From: Phoronis australis
Taxonomy: Eukaryota > Animalia > Phoronida
Assembly (NCBI GenBank): GCA_002633005.1
Contig: NMRA01000118.1
Location: forward strand, 558,707-622,706
DNA length: 64,000 nt
Reading direction: 5' to 3'
Below are positions 59,901-64,000 of this stretch, piece by piece. Every line of letters begins with the position of its first letter. The stretch's first letter is position 1. Below the pieces are notes generated by a model. That model worked only from the letters and a program-made list of their open reading frames with translations. It ran no database searches and had not been told where the DNA came from. The translations under genes were made by a program, and so were the position numbers.

Positions 59901-60099
59901 GGAGAAAGCTCAACAGTAAAATGTCGCAGAATTAACAATACCTATGTTCCGTAACCTCCATGTCTGAACGAACTTTGTGTTGGGTGGGACGGACTCTCCC
60001 TCCCCAATTGTGATGTCCTTCTCCACACTCATCATAGGGAGAACCTCTGTGGGGGTCTGCTCATAGTCGTAGTAAGCACCCACAGCTGCTTGTAGATTC
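50833..60099 (-). CDS. ILRUN: ILRUN (C6orf106; UBA-like + NBR1-like FW domain), 5' exon missing
   Basis: Exons 59942-60099, 57901-58098, 57379-57527, 53658-53810, 50833-50931. Peptides NLQAAVGAYYD, DITIGEGESVPPNTKFVQTWRL, WPPG, YQGQWRM, GGVLSITQQL and FNPFASP match ILRUN as I recall it. Confidence 0.93.
51974..52872. other. Assembly gap (N run)
   Basis: N bases. Confidence 0.99.
52873..53015. repeat. 19-bp minisatellite running into an assembly gap
   Basis: cacactcagcagtacacRc repeated ~7.5 times next to the gap at 51974-52872. Confidence 0.95.
53658..53810 (-). CDS. ILRUN: ILRUN disordered-tail exon (TPPLWDHAPLL...CTALFQ)
   Basis: Polypyrimidine tract and ttgcag acceptor, phase 0-0, GC-rich island within the intron. 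Confidence 0.7.
55270..55480 (-). mobile_element. Degenerate tRNA-derived SINE
   Basis: Minus strand reads tggcttagtg (A-box-like), gagttcactcc (B-box-like), then gtgtctttgagcaaggcatt and gcgatagcgtcctgtccaagagg, motifs typical of metazoan SINE central domains. Confidence 0.55.
55643..57300. repeat. Interspersed repeat with an internal diverged repeat unit on both sides of a gap
   Basis: 56100-56244 and 56972-57112 are diverged copies of each other (polyA-accacc...gcgtctg...ttggct.cagag..gtagtatttgtcaccgcg...cacgag..gccattga); CpG-rich relative to flanks. Confidence 0.55.
56245..56971. other. Assembly gap (N run)
   Basis: N bases. Confidence 0.99.
57379..57527 (-). CDS. ILRUN: ILRUN exon (DRLWAIISVAEGGVLSITQQL...FNPFASPSK)
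   Basis: ORF 57232-57543; conserved motifs. Confidence 0.93.
57901..58098 (-). CDS. ILRUN: ILRUN exon (GATRWPPG...GYYQGQWRMSTPTGHYVG)
   Basis: NBR1-like FW domain; ORF 57866-58132. Confidence 0.95.
58688..59880. mobile_element. Truncated DNA-transposon relic with a TA-ccgta (Tc1/mariner-pogo-like) left end
   Basis: taccgtattcgccctaataagcacccagggtgctta with an internal palindrome; no matching right TIR seen; right boundary approximate. Confidence 0.35.
59942..60099 (-). CDS. ILRUN: ILRUN exon (NLQAAVGAYYDYEQ...TIGEGESVPPNTKFVQTWRLRNI)
   Basis: Strong family motifs; cag acceptor, gtattg donor. Confidence 0.95.
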
Positions 60100-61044
60100 C
60101 TGAGGAATAATTAGCAGTTTGTTTATTCACAGGGAAACAAGCCATAGCATAAACAGTCAGGTACAGCGAAATCTCACCAATGAAACAAATATAAATCAAA
60201 ATTGATCTTTTTCAAAGGGTTTTGACAAATCATAATATTATCTTGATGGTAGCTATGGGGTTGATATCCAAAAATTTCATCATTTATTTGGTGTTACCAG
60301 TGTTTAAAAATTTTATTTGTCCACCATTGTGTCCTAAATTGTTGGGAGTTTAATAAGATTTTCCTCACTCACAGAAAACAAGGAGATTCTCATCAATAGC
60401 ATACTTCACACATGACAAATTAAACATTATTTCTCACAACTGGTTCTTTTCTCACGCACACTACATCCAATTATATGGACCTACTTTTACCACAAGTCAC
60501 AGTTTTATGCACATTGTGACAAGATACAAGATATCTACGTACATGATACAATGTACCTCACACATTCAAATTTACGTAATATTATTTTTGCCATTGGTAC
60601 AGTGCAACTGGATTTAATGTGGCTCATGAGAAAAGAAATATGTTAGTCAGAACAGAAATGCATTAAATAAAAAAGAAAACATAGAGCTTCTCAATTGTAT
60701 AATTTTTTAAAATTAATACAGTAACTGTGAAAGAAAACACTCATGTCCAACTGAGGGAAGAAATTTGTCTCCTTAACAAACAACCATGATTCAACAAATA
60801 TGAAACCTTTCCTGCCTGACACTTGTACCTCGTGATGCATGCAACAGATATGAACATCTGCATCTGTCCATGTTCAGAAGTCTAAAAATACATCTCCTAA
60901 AATAGAGCTGTTGCACCACTTCAAAGTTACGCTTGTGTTCAATTCGCAAGTTGACCTTCAGACAAGCCTCATCGAGAGGGCGCACATCCCAAATGGACAC
61001 TTGGACTCAAATTTAGACACCCAAGCTATAACGTCCTGTTAAGG

Positions 61045-61257
61045 ATTTGGATGGCCAGTTCAGTAATTGGATGGCCAGTTCAGCATTTGGATGTCCAGTT
61101 CAGTATTTGGACAACCAATTCAGTATTTGGGTGGCCAGTTCAGTATTTGAATGGCCAGTTCAGTATTTGGACGGCCAGTTCAGTATTTGGACAGCCAGTT
61201 CAGTATTTGGACGGCCAGTTCAGTATTTGGATGACCAGTTCAGTATTTGGATGGCCA
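61045..61257. repeat. 20-bp minisatellite, ~10.5 copies
   Basis: atttggatggccagttcagt tandem array. Confidence 0.97.
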
Positions 61258-61507
61258 CTTCAACACTGGAGGCCCAAGGAAGGTACTGCACAAGTAAGCA
61301 TTGGCATCTCTTTAAACTTGCCAACAGCATCTCTAGGAGCTCATTGACCAGGATAACAAGAGTTAGTTGAGATATGATGTAAGATGCAATAAAATAATTG
61401 ATGGCAGACCCATGTCTCCACAGTATCACACCACACTATTGAAGCTATTATAATTTACTTGGGGTCATTGGTAGACACAGATGCCTGAAAAATAGGGAAA
61501 ACCATTT

Positions 61508-61763
61508 TGTGTGTGTTATTCGCAATAAAATCTTGGATGAATCCCAGTCTCCAGATAACCACTAGTCACAATGTGTGTCTTATTCGCAATAAAATCTTGG
61601 ATGAATCCCAGTCTCCAGATAACCACTGGTCACAATGTGTGTCTTATTCGCAATAAAATCTTGGATGAATCCCAGTCTCCAGATAACCACTAGTCACAAT
61701 GTGTGTCTCATTCGCAATAAAATCTTGGATGAATCCCAGTCTCCAGATAACCACTAGTCACAA
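61508..61763. repeat. 64-bp minisatellite, 4 copies
   Basis: attcgcaataaaatcttgg occurs at 61518, 61582, 61646 and 61710. Confidence 0.97.
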
Positions 61764-61995
61764 AGAGCAGACACCTTGGTGTGCTTACAACAGTTGAACA
61801 ATTGAATAAATTTCATAAAAAGCTTCAACTTTTTCTCAAATGGTTTATTTCAAGACACGGCACAGCAGTTTCCTCTGTAGTAAGCGTGCATTCAGCTGGT
61901 CAATATTTGAAGTTAAACTTGAATGAGGGACTATGTACTGGATTTATTTGTGAGTAATCTAGTGGTTTAAATTTTGAGCTGCCAAACAAAAAGTG

Positions 61996-62376
61996 GTCTC
62001 TTCACCAGTGTTTATATACCAGGACACAGTGGCATCTCATTCAACGTCAAGGCGGATGAGCTTGCAGGCATCGCAGAACTGATTGCCGACCTGCTCCTCA
62101 CACTTGAGCAGATGTAATCTCCAGAGTGCGTGAATCTCTTACAGATGCCGAGAGTGTACAACAGCAGGAGAGATGGGCAACAAAGCGCCTCATAGAGCAA
62201 GGATGGCAATACGGAGATACAGCAAAAACTCGTATCAGGGGAAAAGGTCGAAGAGTGTGTTACCAGCACGAACTTGGTTGCATCTCCAAATTTACATTGC
62301 GTGCGATACTGGAAGGAGGAGGGCCAGAGCCTATCCCGGTGCCTACCGTCTGACGTCACCACAGAAACAGAAACAG
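61996..62376 (+). mobile_element. 5'-truncated non-LTR retrotransposon (RNase H-bearing, Ingi/I-group-like) with 12-bp TSD
   Basis: Translates VYIPGHSGISFNVKADELAG (RNase H C-terminal motif), then after a frameshift RLIEQG...RGKGRRVCYQHELGCISKFTLRAILEGG; (acagaa)n tail; TSD aaacaaaaagtg at 61984-61995 and 62377-62388. Confidence 0.88.
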
Positions 62377-63489
62377 AAACAAAAAGTGTCATTGATTACA
62401 GGGTGGTTACTTCTCTTCAACATAGGTTTTCTGTCTAAATGGTCTAGAGTTCAGAATGCCGGACATAATTATGCCTCTTAGACACAGTCCTGCTGCACAT
62501 GTTTTCAAAGGCAACTAAATTATGTTGCGGGTAGATATCATCCTTCCAACTCAAGGCCATCAATGCCATTAGATTCAAAACTGCATCTAATGAAAAAGGT
62601 CTAGAGATGAGAAAATGCAAATGGAAGGCCTCGTTTCAGTTTCGCTTGTAACATTCAGAAAAGTATTTACTGCTTTTTGTCAATAATTTAAAACAAAGGT
62701 GTCAAATCAAGATATGCAATGACAACACCTAATTTGGACATTAGATTGTGTCGAGTCAACGCCACCTGTTGTGGTCACACATGGTAGAGATACTGAAGCC
62801 TTCATTGAGTTCAGGCTCATAAATTCTTTCATGAGAATCCTCCATGGTCATTTTTGAAACCATACCTATTTAATTCTACTTTTTGTGAAATCAAGATATC
62901 GAGCAGACTATATGTACAACTGCCTATTTAATTCAATTCTAATCTTAGCTTGCACTTGATGTGCCCAGGAATCCTGGGCCAGGATTAACACCATGTGTAC
63001 TCTATGCACGAGTCTAAACTCCATATTTTTGAGTTTGTAGCTCGAATCTAAAAGTCTTTAAGCGTGAACCAAGAATAGACCGCAAGCCCAGGTTGATTGT
63101 TGTGACCGTCACATTTTGACCTACCATACATTACTGCTCACAATGCAATGTCGCATTGTAGTGATGTCGTCATCCCATGGCTAACACAAATTCTGTCCTT
63201 CAGTTGCACTCATTTGTAATAGTGGCAGGTGTGGGACAAAAGCAGGTCACGTCGCTGTTGACCTAATTACTTACGAATTTCATGTTGCTCCAGTAAGCAG
63301 CATGGATGCATAAAGCCGTGATACAAAACCCTGAGTAGACAAGCTAGGTGCTTAGCTAAGCATGGTGAATTCTATCCACAAACCTATGACCGAAATATTC
63401 CACCAGGTTAATCACCAAAATAATGTGTTTTGGTTAAGCATCAAGCTTACTCGCTTAAGCACAAAACTGACAAGGTGGCTAGGAAGAAA

Positions 63490-63844
63490 GTCGACTGGAC
63501 AGAGACTACCATCTCCAGGTGGCCTCACCGGAGACGGTGAAGCTCCTATAGGGGCTTCCTACGTCGGAAGCTTTTCAGCGAATTATGCCTCACACTAATT
63601 AAAATATGAACGTCACGTTTTGCGCATAGAGGGACACTATTTCTATAATTCTTTCCAACTCAAAAGAATAATCCCATAATCTGGCATAATCAAACTTTTT
63701 CTTCGAGAAGTCCTTCGTTCAGTTGCCCAAATAATTTGGCAACTGGACATTTTCAACACTGCGCGTGCTTCTAGCGGGCCTATAGGAGCTTCACCGACTC
63801 TACTGAGACCAGCTAGAGACGGTTGTCACTGTCTACAAGTCGAC
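63490..63844. repeat. Long imperfect inverted repeat (foldback/MITE-like relic)
   Basis: gtcgactggacagagac...cggtgaagctcctatagg (63490-63552) pairs with cctataggagcttcaccg...gtctacaagtcgac (63779-63844). Confidence 0.8.
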
Positions 63845-64000
63845 GTGATGGTCTACGTCGCCTTGTAGTTGTAATTTGGCCGTCACTCACTACTCAGTTG
63901 TGAATTCATATTCTGTCGTTCATCTGCTGCCACACGGAAGCGACAGGTTCCAACGCTCATCTGGAGTCTTCTCGAGCCCCTTTTGGAACAAAGTGTTACT

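Noticed and set aside
61045-61763. Regular repeats that could be mistaken for CRISPR arrays (also 1540-1771 and 52873-53015)
   Set aside because: Head-to-tail units without unique spacers, no cas genes, eukaryotic intron context

Overview
Eukaryotic, AT-rich, intron-rich animal draft-assembly sequence with three N-gaps and several single Ns. It looks like a non-vertebrate animal, possibly a deuterostome (inference only). Three spliced protein-coding genes were reconstructed by hand from GT-AG sites and reading-frame continuity. (1) A SEL1L3-like gene on the minus strand: 21 exons found, ATG at 26981 with a signal peptide, 3' end not located and probably left of the window. (2) A complete NIMA-related (NEK) kinase on the plus strand: 17 exons, 32091-45854, about 551 aa, possibly NEK12-like. 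(3) ILRUN/C6orf106 on the minus strand: 5 exons, 60099-50833, first exon probably beyond the window. Introns and intergenic DNA hold a THAP-bearing non-autonomous DNA transposon, a hAT-like element with a 5-bp TSD, a 249-bp MITE present as both filled and empty alleles, a 5'-truncated RNase H LINE with a 12-bp TSD, SINE relics, minisatellites, a perfect 25-bp-stem hairpin and decayed tandem copies of one NEK exon. No prokaryotic-type system (CRISPR, operon) is present, and I found no clearly new biological system. The most interesting signals concern exon evolution and mobile elements.
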